Source: Pseudomonadota bacterium (GTDB lineage Bacteria > Pseudomonadota > Gammaproteobacteria > Ga0077536). Taken from it: 64,000 bases of DNA. The DNA is taken from NCBI GenBank assembly GCA_016719885.1, contig JADJYF010000001.1, positions 414,150-478,149 of the forward strand, read 5' to 3'. Each line of letters starts with the position of its first letter. Positions within the stretch are counted from its first letter, which is position 1. The translations under genes and the position numbers were made by a program. Below, in pieces: positions 27,150-35,982 of the stretch. Below the pieces are notes generated by a model. That model had not been told where the DNA came from. It worked only from the letters and a program-made list of their open reading frames with translations, and searched no databases.

Positions 27150-28172
27150 TTATACCGTCCACACCACCAGGCGCCAATCCAGCACGGTGCTTTCTTCGTA
27201 GCTCTTCCCGTCCGCCGCGGCGCGCTTGGCAAAGGTCAGCGCGTGCAACTCCATGAGCTTGCCGCCGGCCGCTACCGGCGTTTCGCTGGTCACCGTGAAC
27301 TCGGTGCGGATGATGTCTTCTTCCAGCACCGGCGCGGTGTGTTCGCAGCCCTGCCAGCCGATGAGACCGAGCAGGTTCGGCAGCGCGCGCCCGATTTGCG
27401 CGAGCGTAATGGAGATGGTGTGACCACCGTAGACCAGGCGCTTGCCGAGATAGCTGCGCGAGGCGTCGGTGTGGGTGAAGGCGATGTTGCCGGTGATGCG
27501 CACCAGTTCCGGGGCGCAGGTCACGGTGTCCTGCGGACCGATCACGACGCGGTCGCCAACGCTAAGCGCCGGAGCCGGTACCTTGTACTGCTCTGGCGCC
27601 ATGGCCGCGAGGTTCCAGCCGCGCGGCACGGCGTCGATCAACTGCGCATCCTCGAGGCGCTCCGGGATCCAGTCGAATGAATCGTTCTTGCCGGTGTCGG
27701 CATTGGCATCGCGACAGGGGATCATCGGGCAACGCCAGTACTGCATCACGCGCTCGCCGTGCTGGTTGGTGGTGTCCATTTCCAGCGCCACCATGCCGGT
27801 CGCGTCGCGGCCGGGCTTTACCTTGTTCTGCCTGAGGCCCACCACCTTGGTGGTGGTGGTCAGGGTGTCGCCCACGAACACCGGCGCCAGCAGCAGCAGG
27901 CCGCGGTAGAAGAGGTTGCCCTTGACCTGTTGCGAGGCGAACGTGGTCTGGCCGTTGACCAGGTTGATGACCATCATCGGATGCACCAGCGAACGCGCGT
28001 CGCCGGTCACGGCCTGTGACAGGTGACGGTCCAACGGCAAACGCATGCGGTCACCGGTCACCGACTGGTAGAAGGCGGTGTGGCCCTCGGTCACGGTCAC
28101 GGCGGGCGCCGCGAAAACCTGCCCGACGTGGAAGTCCTCGAAGTAGGGACCGTCAATATAGTGTTCGGCCAT
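27150..28172 (-). CDS. MaoC-like double-hotdog dehydratase (mesaconyl-CoA hydratase-like family)
   Basis: About 340 aa with two hotdog halves; the N-terminal half begins MAEHYIDGPYFEDFHVGQVF... Confidence 0.7.
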   Translation of the reverse strand: MAEHYIDGPYFEDFHVGQVFAAPAVTVTEGHTAFYQSVTGDRMRLPLDRHLSQAVTGDARSLVHPMMVINLVNGQTTFASQQVKGNLFYRGLLLLAPVFVGDTLTTTTKVVGLRQNKVKPGRDATGMVALEMDTTNQHGERVMQYWRCPMIPCRDANADTGKNDSFDWIPERLEDAQLIDAVPRGWNLAAMAPEQYKVPAPALSVGDRVVIGPQDTVTCAPELVRITGNIAFTHTDASRSYLGKRLVYGGHTISITLAQIGRALPNLLGLIGWQGCEHTAPVLEEDIIRTEFTVTSETPVAAGGKLMELHALTFAKRAAADGKSYEESTVLDWRLVVWTV

Positions 28173-28271
28173 GATCCTCACCCTGGCTGTGCGGCGCTTG
28201 CGGCCGCTCGTGGTTGTCCGTCCGCCGCGCGAAGCCGCGGACCCGAAATAGATGCGCGGGCGTGAAGCGCC

Positions 28272-29385
28272 TCAGCGCGATGCAAACTCCGCACGCAGCG
28301 CCGCGCCCTGTTGGTCTAGCGCCGGCACCGCGGCGTGGCTGAGCACGTCGCCGGTGCGTCGGATCAGCGAGACCGTGTGTCCGCCGGCTTCGATTTCCTT
28401 GCGCTTGAGGGCCGGATGTTTCTGCAGGCCGCCGATGTCGTTGATGCTGCCGCAGGCGATGCCGGCGCGGTTGAGTTTCAAGGCAAGCTCGGCCTGCGTG
28501 TAACGCGCGAACACCGCTTCCATGTCGGCCCGCAGCGCATCGCGATTCTCGACGCGCAGCACGTTGCTCCGGTAGCGCGGGTCGTCGGCCATCTCCGGTC
28601 TTTCGAGACCGTCGCGGCACAGTTGCACCCATTCGCGGTTGTTCTGGATGACGACGAAAATCGGACCGTCCTTGGCGGCGTAGGCGCCGTAGGGCGCGAG
28701 CTGCGCATGGTCCATGCCGGTGCCGGTCAGCATCTTGCCGGTGTATTCGAGGATCGCGAGCGGCACCGCCATCCATTCCGACAGCACTTCGAACAGCGAC
28801 AGCTCGACATGCGTACCGACGCCACTGCCGTGCCGCGCATAGAGCGCCTTCAGAATCTCGCCATAGGCGGAAAGGCCGGTGGAGATGTCGCAGATCGAGG
28901 CGCCGACCTTGCTCGGCTGGCCGGGCGCGCCGGTCACGGAGCACAGGCCCGTCTCGGCCTGGATCAGGGCATCGTAGGCCTTCATGTCGGCGTAGGCGCC
29001 GGTCGTGCCATAGCCCGAGATGCTGCACATCACCAGGCGCGGATTAAGTGCGTGCACGGCCGCGAATCCGAAGCCGAGCTTGTCCACCGACCCCGGCTTC
29101 AGGTTCTGGATGAACACGTCCGCGCGTTCCAGCATGCGCCGCAACAAGGCGGCGTCTTCGGCGCGGGTGAGATCGACCACCAGCGATTCCTTGCCGCTGT
29201 TCAACCACACGAAGTAGGCGCTCTGGCCGTGTATGGCGCTGTCGTAGGCACGCGCGAAATCGCCTTCCGGACGCTCGAGCTTGATGACGCGCGCCGCCCT
29301 CGGCGAGCAGGCGCGTGCAGTAGGGCGCGGCCACCGCTTGCTCGAGGGAAACGACCAAGAGATCGGACAGGGGCAATGTCGACAT
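28272..29385 (-). pseudogene. Family III CoA-transferase (CaiB/BaiF-like) interrupted by a frameshift near 29285-29295
   Basis: The N-terminal 60 aa (MSTLPLSDLLVVSLEQAVAAPYCTRLLAEGGAR) lie in one frame (ORF 29044..29385) and the remaining 312 aa in another (28272..29210). Adding one base in the run gagggcggcgcgcgtcatc restores ...LLAEGGARVIKLERPEGDFARAYDSAIHGQSAYFVWLNSGKE.... This may be a real mutation or a sequencing error. Confidence 0.7.
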
Positions 29386-29482
29386 GGCTATGGGCTACTC
29401 AACGCAGTGCAAGGGCCGGGGAGGCTGACGGACGCTCGTGGCCATGACCGGCATGGGCGCGGCGACCGCCAGCTTCCTGCGC

Positions 29483-30648
29483 TCAATAGGCGCGCGGCAG
29501 TTCGAGCTCGTGCTCGGCGATGTAGGAAAGGATGAGATTGGTCGAGATCGGCGCGATGCGGTACAGGCGCGATTCGCGGAACTTGCGCTCGACGTCGTAT
29601 TCCTCGGCCACGCCGAAGCCGCCATGGGTCTGCATGCAGGTGTCGGCCGCTGCCCACGCCGCTTCCGAGGCCAGCATCTTGGACAGGTTGGCGTAGGTGC
29701 CGGCATTGCCGCCCGACTCGTAGATGCGGCAGGCTTTCTCCAGCACCGCCTCGGCCGCTTCGGTCTGCGCGAAGGCCTGGGCGATGGGGAACTGGATGCC
29801 CTGGTTCTGGCCGATGGGGCGCCCGAACACCACGCGCTCGCGCGCGCATAGTCCGAGGCCTTCTTGATGAACCAGCGCGCGTCACCGATGCATTCGGCCG
29901 CGATCAGGATGCGCTCGGCATTCATGCCCGACAGGATGTAGCGGAAGCCCTTGCCTTCCTCGCCGATCAGGCTGTCGGCCGGGATCGGCACGTTGTCGAA
30001 AAAGATCTCGGTGGTCGAGTGGTTGATCATGGTGCGAATGGGATTGATGGTCATGCCATTCTTCTTCGCTTCGCGCATGTCGATGAGGAACACCGACAGG
30101 CCATCGGCGCGCTTGGCGACCTTGTCCTTGGGCGTGGTGCGCGCCAGCAGGATCATGAGGTCCGACTGCAGCGCGCGCGAGGTCCACACCTTCTGGCCGT
30201 TGACGATGTACTTGTCGCCATCGCGCACCGCGACCGTGGTGATGCTGGTGGTGTCGGTGCCGGCGGTGGGCTCGGTCACACCGAAGGCCTGCAGGCGCAA
30301 CTCGCCGGAGGCGACGCCGGGCAGGTATTTCTGTTTCTGTTCGGCACTGCCATGACGCAGCACCGTGCCCATGGTGTACATCTGCGCGTGGCAGGCGCCG
30401 GCGTTGCCGCCGAATTCATGGATGGCTTTCAGGATCTCGACGCCCATGGAAATCGGCAGGCCGCTGCCGCCGTATTCTTCCGGGATCAGCGCGGCGAGCA
30501 GGCCGAGTTCGGTCAGACGGTCGACGAATTCCTTGGGATATTGACGCTCGCGGTCCTTGGCGCGCCAGTATTCGCCGGCGAATTCCTCGCAGACCTTTTT
30601 CACGGTGTCACGCAGTTGCGAGACAATTTCCTGGTGTTCGTCAGACAT
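29483..30648 (-). pseudogene. Acyl-CoA dehydrogenase interrupted by a frameshift near 29838-29850
   Basis: The N-terminal 270 aa (MSDEHQEIV...ARWFIKKASDYAR) are in the frame of ORF 29395..31056; the C-terminal 116 aa (VFGRPIGQNQGIQFPIAQ...YIAEHELELPRAY) are in ORF 29483..29833. The junction is inside gcgcgcgcgagcgcg, and removal of one GC dinucleotide restores DYARERVVFGRPIGQ. Confidence 0.7.
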
Positions 30649-30758
30649 GCTTGTGCTTCCACGCTTGAATGCTGTGGCCGGCGAGGATAGCCCACCGGCG
30701 GTTGGAAAACGAACGGCAGCGGCTCGTGGCCACTGCCGTCGGCAACTCGTGATACGAG

Positions 30759-31607
30759 TTATTTCAGCGCCAGGATCTTGTCGAGCACCGGCATCAGGTA
30801 GCGGTTGAACACATCGGGATTTTCGCTCATGGGGAAATGCCCGATTTCCTCCATGATGATGCACTCGGAGTTCTTGGTATTGCGCGCCGCTTCCTCGGTC
30901 ATTTCCGGGGTGCAAGCGAAATCGTAAACGCCGGTCATGTAGTACATCGGCACCTTGCCCGACAGCTGCTGGGTCTTGCCGCGGAAGTCGTGGTCGAAGG
31001 AGTAGAAGTACAGATCCCCCTTGAAGATACCCGGACCGCCCTGGGAGTAGTACCACCAGGTTTCCCAGCGATACTTGTCCGGGCTCTGCGGCGCCATCAG
31101 GCCGAATACCGAAGTGGCGCAGACCTCACCACCGTGGATGTGCGAATGACGCAGCCAGTCGAGATGCCAGCCCGGCGACCATTCGCAGGCTTCGACCGCG
31201 ATCAGCGCCTTGACGTCGTTCTCGTATTCGGCCGCCAGGTGCAGGCAGATGTTGCCGCCCATCGAGCTGCCCATGATCACCGGCTTGTCGAGGCCGAGCT
31301 CGCGGCAGAACGCCATCAGGAGGCCTGAGTAGTACTTGGCAGTGAGCTTGTACTCTTCCTCTTCCTTGTACCAGTCATAGGGCGGAATGGACTTGCCGTG
31401 GCGGGGCAGGTCCAGCGCGATGACGCGGAAGTTCTTGTTGATGGCCGGGTCGCACAGCTGGTGGCGCCATTCGCGTCCATCGGTGCCGGCGGTGTGCAGG
31501 CACACCATCGGAATGCCCTGGCCGGCTTCCTCGTAGTAGATGCGGTATTCGGTGCCTTCGAAGGGCACCCAGATGTAACGGCCAACTATCGGTTCAATTT
31601 TTGCCAT
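30759..31607 (-). CDS. Alpha/beta-fold hydrolase
   Basis: VCLHTAGTDGREW...VIALDLPRHGKS (HG oxyanion region) and a GSSMGG nucleophile elbow. Confidence 0.8.
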   Translation of the reverse strand: MAKIEPIVGRYIWVPFEGTEYRIYYEEAGQGIPMVCLHTAGTDGREWRHQLCDPAINKNFRVIALDLPRHGKSIPPYDWYKEEEEYKLTAKYYSGLLMAFCRELGLDKPVIMGSSMGGNICLHLAAEYENDVKALIAVEACEWSPGWHLDWLRHSHIHGGEVCATSVFGLMAPQSPDKYRWETWWYYSQGGPGIFKGDLYFYSFDHDFRGKTQQLSGKVPMYYMTGVYDFACTPEMTEEAARNTKNSECIIMEEIGHFPMSENPDVFNRYLMPVLDKILALK

Positions 31608-31626
31608 GTCAAATTCTCCCTTGCGC

Positions 31627-32004
31627 TCACACTTCGCGCATGCGGTCGAGCGCCCAGCAGAGCGCGCGCAGGTTCTGCCACAGGACCATCTGGTCGCCTT
31701 CCAGCGTCAGGCGCCCATGGAGCGGATGCGCCATGGCCCAGATATCGTTGTACATCGGCGGCGGAACCTTCTGGCAGAACTTTGCCCACGATTCAGCCGG
31801 GCCACGAATGGCAAGCTGGTAGCAGGTCTCCGGGCCGAGCGTGTCGGTGAACTCCGCGAGTTTGCCCTTCTGAAATGAAACGACGTATTGCTTGTCGCCG
31901 AACCCGAAAAGCAGATCTGCGGTCAGGTGCTTGCCGATCCATTTCATCGGACCGTTGCTGTTGACCGCGTCCTGCCACTTCTTGACCCAGGCAGTATCGA
32001 ACAT
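31627..32004 (-). CDS. Small SCP2-like (sterol-carrier-like) domain protein
   Basis: 125 aa; pattern KKWQDAVNSN...ADLLFGFGDKQYVVSFQKGKL...GPAESWAKF resembles the SCP2/alkyl-sulfatase C-terminal lipid-binding fold. Low-complexity-free. Confidence 0.5.
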   Translation of the reverse strand: MFDTAWVKKWQDAVNSNGPMKWIGKHLTADLLFGFGDKQYVVSFQKGKLAEFTDTLGPETCYQLAIRGPAESWAKFCQKVPPPMYNDIWAMAHPLHGRLTLEGDQMVLWQNLRALCWALDRMREV

Positions 32005-32225
32005 GGTGTTACTCCCTCTTGGTGAGATGAACCCGGTCGCCGATGGGCCGCCAAGGACAGCCGGTACATGCGTGGGGGTCCGGTAATCGGGCGCCGTCAG
32101 GGCCTCGTGGGCACGGCCGGCGTCGCGTGGTGAGGGGGCAGCTTAATGAGTTGGCGACTGGGGTGTAAATGAGGGGATGTCGATAGGACCGATAAGAAAA
32201 TCTTATCGCCGCGCGCGGCCCGCGC

Positions 32226-33143
32226 TCAGCCCTTGGCGACCCGCCAGTACTCGCCGTCGTAGGCCTTCACGCATTCCTCGAGCAGCGTGGTGGTGGCGCG
32301 CACGGCATTGGACACCGGACGGTTGCTGGCCCGCGCCAGCACCATGTGACGCTCGACCCGCGGCGCGATTATCGGCACGGCCTGCAGCTCGCCGCGCGCC
32401 AGTTCATCGGCCACCGCCGCGCGTGACAGCACGGTGTTGCCGACGCCGAGCTTGGCCAGCGCCTTCATCTGCATGAAGGCGTCGATTTCGACCTTGGGCG
32501 ACAGCACCACGTCGTGCTCGACGGCGATCCTGTCGAGCATGTCGCGCAGGCCGTGGTGGCGGCCGGGCAGGATGAGATCCATGGCCGCCAGCTCGGCGAA
32601 GCGCACCGCTCGCCGCCGCTTGCGCGCGTTGGCGCTCTCGACCAGGTAGAGCTCCTCGGTGAACAGCGGCGTGGCGCTGATCGCGGCGTCGCGCTGTACG
32701 CCGTGCAGCACGCAGAAATCGAGCTGGCCGGTGCGCAGCCAATCCAGCACGTAGCCGCTGGTGCCTTCCACCACGCGCAGCGCGACCTTGGGATAGGCCT
32801 CCTGCATGCGCACGATCAGCGGCACCGACAGCGCCGCGCTGATGGACGACGGCAAGCCCAGCACCACGCTGCCTTGCGGGTCGCGACTGCCGGCCTGGAT
32901 GACCTGCCGCGCATCGTGCACCTGGTCGAGGATGAGGCGCGCGCGGGTCAGCAGTTCGCGGCCGGCCTCGGTCGGCACTACGCCTCGCACCGAGCGCGCC
33001 AGGAGCTTCACGCCGAGTTCGTCCTCGAGTTTCTTGACCTGTTGGCTGAGCGCCGGCTGCGCGACGTACAGCGATTCGGCGGCGCGTTTCATCGAGCCGC
33101 GTTCGACGATTTCGACGAAGTAGCGCAGGTTGCGAAGATCCAT
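32226..33143 (-). CDS. LysR-family transcriptional regulator
   Basis: N-terminal HTH MDLRNLRYFVEIVERGSMKRAAESLYVAQPALSQQVKKLE and a C-terminal substrate-binding domain. Confidence 0.9.
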   Translation of the reverse strand: MDLRNLRYFVEIVERGSMKRAAESLYVAQPALSQQVKKLEDELGVKLLARSVRGVVPTEAGRELLTRARLILDQVHDARQVIQAGSRDPQGSVVLGLPSSISAALSVPLIVRMQEAYPKVALRVVEGTSGYVLDWLRTGQLDFCVLHGVQRDAAISATPLFTEELYLVESANARKRRRAVRFAELAAMDLILPGRHHGLRDMLDRIAVEHDVVLSPKVEIDAFMQMKALAKLGVGNTVLSRAAVADELARGELQAVPIIAPRVERHMVLARASNRPVSNAVRATTTLLEECVKAYDGEYWRVAKG

Positions 33144-33184
33144 GGGCGCGCGGCTCGCGGTGGCGGACGGTGATATCGCGCAAG

Positions 33185-33235
33185 TTTATAGCAGGCGCCG
33201 TGATTTGCGGCATTGCTTATAGCCAGTGCTTCGCG
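33185..33235. promoter_or_regulatory. Candidate LysR-type binding site in the divergent lysR / SCP2-like intergenic region
   Basis: tTTATAGCaggcgccgtgatttgcggcattGCTTATAGCc: an 8-bp direct repeat plus imperfect dyad ATAGCA-N20-TGCTTAT, located 80-130 bp upstream of the + strand gene. Confidence 0.3.
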
Positions 33236-33315
33236 CCGGGTGGCCCCGGCGCGGGTTTACACCCGCGCACGGATCGGGGAGGCTTGCCGCTCCCTATCAC
33301 GCATGAGAATTTCCT

Positions 33316-33738
33316 ATGTCATTTCTCGCCAACCCGGCCTTGCAGCGCAAACTGGTCGATGCGCTGAACGCCAACACCGCCTTCGCGACCCAGGCCCAGG
33401 CATTCGACGGCGCGGTGCAACTCGAAGTCGACAACGATTGCCTGTGGCTGAAGATCTACAAGGGCCGGGTCATCGACCACCAGGCCAGCCCGTCGATTTT
33501 CGGCTACACCTTCAAGCTGCGCGGCACGGCGCGCGCGTGGGGCCTGCTGCTGTCCGGTGAGCGCCTGTGGGCGGATCTCACCTTTCCCGGCAAGCGCGAT
33601 TTCTCCGATGACCCGACCTTGAGCCGGGTCGGCGAAATGAGCGTCGAGATTGCCACCGAGGGCAACCTCATCGAGGCCGGCCGCCTGACCGAGGCGATGT
33701 TCGAACTGGCCTACACCCTGCGCAGCGTGGCGAACTGA
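33316..33738 (+). CDS. Small SCP2-like domain protein (paralogous in architecture to 31627..32004)
   Basis: 140 aa; KLVDALNANTAFATQAQAFDGAVQLEVDNDCLWLKIYKGRV ... GNLIEAGRLTEAMFEL. Confidence 0.5.
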   Translation: MSFLANPALQRKLVDALNANTAFATQAQAFDGAVQLEVDNDCLWLKIYKGRVIDHQASPSIFGYTFKLRGTARAWGLLLSGERLWADLTFPGKRDFSDDPTLSRVGEMSVEIATEGNLIEAGRLTEAMFELAYTLRSVAN

Positions 33739-33813
33739 GCGCAGCTGCGCGTCGCCCGCAATCATCAAGACCGCTAGCCGTCGCGCCGCCGCCGGCGTGG
33801 CAAGAGGAATACC

Positions 33814-34635
33814 ATGAGCACACCCGAAGACATCCGCGGCCATTACGTACGCGTCAATGGCACCCGCACCTTCTATGACGAACTGGGCGCAGGCCAACCG
33901 CTGGTTTGCGTGCATACCGCCGGCGCGAGTTCGCTGGAATACCAGTACATCCTGCCGCTGTACGCCGAGCAGGGCTTTCACGCCTACGCGCTCGACCTGC
34001 CCGGCCATTCGCGCTCCTATCCGGTCGACTGGCAGGCGCACCGCAGCATCCACGAACACGCGGAATTCGTGCACGCCTTCGTCAAGACCCTGGGCTTGCA
34101 CAACCCGGTCATCACCGGCTGCTCCATCGGTGGCGACATCACCCTCGACTACGCCGCCCATCATTGGCAGGAGATGGCGGCCGGCATTGCCATGGAGGGC
34201 CTGGGCCGCTCGCCGACCTTCCCGAGCCCGGCCAACATGACGCACCCGTCGTGGACGCCCGGCTGGCAGGACATGATGGAGCGCGCCGCGCTGGAGTCCC
34301 TGGGCCGTGGCGTATCGCAGGACAAGCGCGAGGAACTGCGCTGGCAGCATCGCAATTCCCAGGTTAGCGCGGTCGGCGACCTGGTCGCGTGGGCCGGGCA
34401 CGACGTGCTGGGCAAGCTCGGCGCCGTGCAGTGCCCGATGCTGGTGGTGCGCGGCGAGGACGACTTCTGGGTGCCGCGTGAACTGGCCGAGGAAACCGCC
34501 CGGGCGATGCCGAAAGGCGAGGTCACCCACTTGCCGGCGGTCGGCCATTACCCGATGTTCGAGGAGCCGCAATTGATTTCAATCATGGCTGGTGACTTTT
34601 GCCGCAAACACGGTATCCTGCCGCCCAAGAAATAA
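33814..34635 (+). CDS. Alpha/beta-fold hydrolase (paralogue of 30759..31607)
   Basis: VCVHTAGASSLEY...YALDLPGHSRS and a GCSIGG nucleophile elbow; it shares the unusual CxHTAG motif with the other copy. Confidence 0.8.
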   Translation: MSTPEDIRGHYVRVNGTRTFYDELGAGQPLVCVHTAGASSLEYQYILPLYAEQGFHAYALDLPGHSRSYPVDWQAHRSIHEHAEFVHAFVKTLGLHNPVITGCSIGGDITLDYAAHHWQEMAAGIAMEGLGRSPTFPSPANMTHPSWTPGWQDMMERAALESLGRGVSQDKREELRWQHRNSQVSAVGDLVAWAGHDVLGKLGAVQCPMLVVRGEDDFWVPRELAEETARAMPKGEVTHLPAVGHYPMFEEPQLISIMAGDFCRKHGILPPKK

Positions 34636-34735
34636 ACCCGGCAAAAATTCGGGTAAGCAATCAACGGGGGAAGCCCGGCGATCGCGAGACAGTGGGGCGA
34701 CTCGTTGTCCGGTCAGCCGGGCCAGAGGGGGGGAC

Positions 34736-34765
34736 AAAGGGCGGCGCAAGCCGCCCTTTTGTTCT
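34736..34765 (+). terminator. Rho-independent terminator after the hydrolase gene
   Basis: gggcggc-gcaa-gccgccc stem followed by ttttgtt. Confidence 0.55.
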
Positions 34766-34880
34766 TCCCCAACCGGGAGGCGGCTCGATCTTGAGGAAGT
34801 AGGCGTCCGCCGTGGCCCCTTGATGACTTTGATTTTGTTGTTGATGCCTCGATGAGGTTGGTGTTGCCGCCCTCGGTCGC

Positions 34881-34909
34881 CCCCCCCTCCCCGCCCCCCC
34901 CCCCCCCCT
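34881..34909. repeat. Homopolymeric C tract (C7-T-C4-G-C16)
   Basis: ccccccctccccgcccccccccccccccc in a 330-bp convergent intergenic region that also has G-runs (ggggg, ggggggg). Confidence 0.8.
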
Positions 34910-34965
34910 TCGACCCACGCGACCCGCCGCCCTCCACGCTACGGCGAGACCTTTTTTGATGCGTC

Positions 34966-35286
34966 TCAGCCCTTGGCCAAGGTGTTCAACTGCGCGCCCC
35001 AGTTCTCGTAGGAACGCAGCGCCTTGAACGTGATCTTGGGCACGATGTGCGCGTAGCCGAGCTTCCAGATCGGCAGGCTGTGGATGATGTCGTCAATCTG
35101 ATCGCCATTGTCGACTTCGAACACCGCAATCACCTGGTACTCACCGGCCACTTTCCAGATGGCCTTGATGGCGCCGGCCTTGACCGCCTCTATCGCGGCC
35201 ACGGACTCCTGGCGCCAGATCTCGAAGAACTCTTTGTTGGTAAGACTTTCGGGTTTGGCCAGATCGGCCGTCATCATCACCAGCAT
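34966..35286 (-). CDS. Muconolactone delta-isomerase family protein
   Basis: About 106 aa: MLVMMTADLAKPESLTNKEFFEIWRQESVAAIEAVKAGAIKAIWKVAGEYQVIAVFEVDN matches the ferredoxin-like MLI fold pattern (M-x-F/V-x-V-x-M ... W-R-x-x-G). Confidence 0.55.
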   Translation of the reverse strand: MLVMMTADLAKPESLTNKEFFEIWRQESVAAIEAVKAGAIKAIWKVAGEYQVIAVFEVDNGDQIDDIIHSLPIWKLGYAHIVPKITFKALRSYENWGAQLNTLAKG

Positions 35287-35361
35287 GGGAACCTCCCGTG
35301 TACGTTGTGGATCTAGCATCGGCGGCGTACCGCAAGAGCCGCGCCGAAGGCCGATTATGGA

Positions 35362-35859
35362 TCAGGGACGGCGCGCAAGGCGCGCCAGGTTTTCGGCGCG
35401 ACGTGTCACATCCGGATCGATGACGACGGGCACCGCGGCGATGTTCGCGACATACGCGGCGGGCAAGGCGTGATGACGGGCGCCCGCCAGCACGTAGCCG
35501 TGATACCAGTCGTAGGGCGCGAGCGTGGTGTCCAGCGCCGCGGCTTCGGCCCGGTAGAAGAAACATGCGCCGAGCGTGGGGTCCTCGAGTTGTTCGACGG
35601 CATAGCCGTGGCCGACGCCTTCAATGCGATCGAGCGTGGCGCGCGCCGCCGTGTCGATTCGATACACCACGCCGTAGGCCACCGCGCCCGCGCAACGTTC
35701 AAGGCTGCATTTGCCGGAACCGTCGGCGCCGCGCTTGTGAAACACGAGGGCGGTGTCGGCCAGGCCCACGACGCCGGCCACGCCGTGCACGGCGATGCGA
35801 TCGCCGAGGCGCGGCGGAAACAAGTTGGAACCGTAGGCGAGATAGTTGAGTGTGCGCAT
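35362..35859 (-). CDS. Gamma-glutamylcyclotransferase (AIG2-like) family protein
   Basis: N-terminal YLAYGSNL motif, fold-sized 165 aa. Confidence 0.65.
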   Translation of the reverse strand: MRTLNYLAYGSNLFPPRLGDRIAVHGVAGVVGLADTALVFHKRGADGSGKCSLERCAGAVAYGVVYRIDTAARATLDRIEGVGHGYAVEQLEDPTLGACFFYRAEAAALDTTLAPYDWYHGYVLAGARHHALPAAYVANIAAVPVVIDPDVTRRAENLARLARRP

Positions 35860-35982
35860 GGCCGTTCCGTCGGAGGCTCACATCTTCAGGCGCGCCCGCC
35901 GCGGTGTAAACTTGACGCTGTCCACGGCTGCGGCCCAAGGAACACACCACGCGGCCGATGCGCTGAAGGAGCCTCCCGGATC

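Noticed and set aside
29395-31056. 553-aa ORF appearing to extend the acyl-CoA dehydrogenase upstream and downstream
   Set aside because: The genuine ACAD begins at MSDEHQEIV (30648). The C-terminal read-through after ...DYAR is low-complexity (ASAWCSGAPSARTRASSS...) and results from the frameshift, while the real C-terminus is in ORF 29483..29833.
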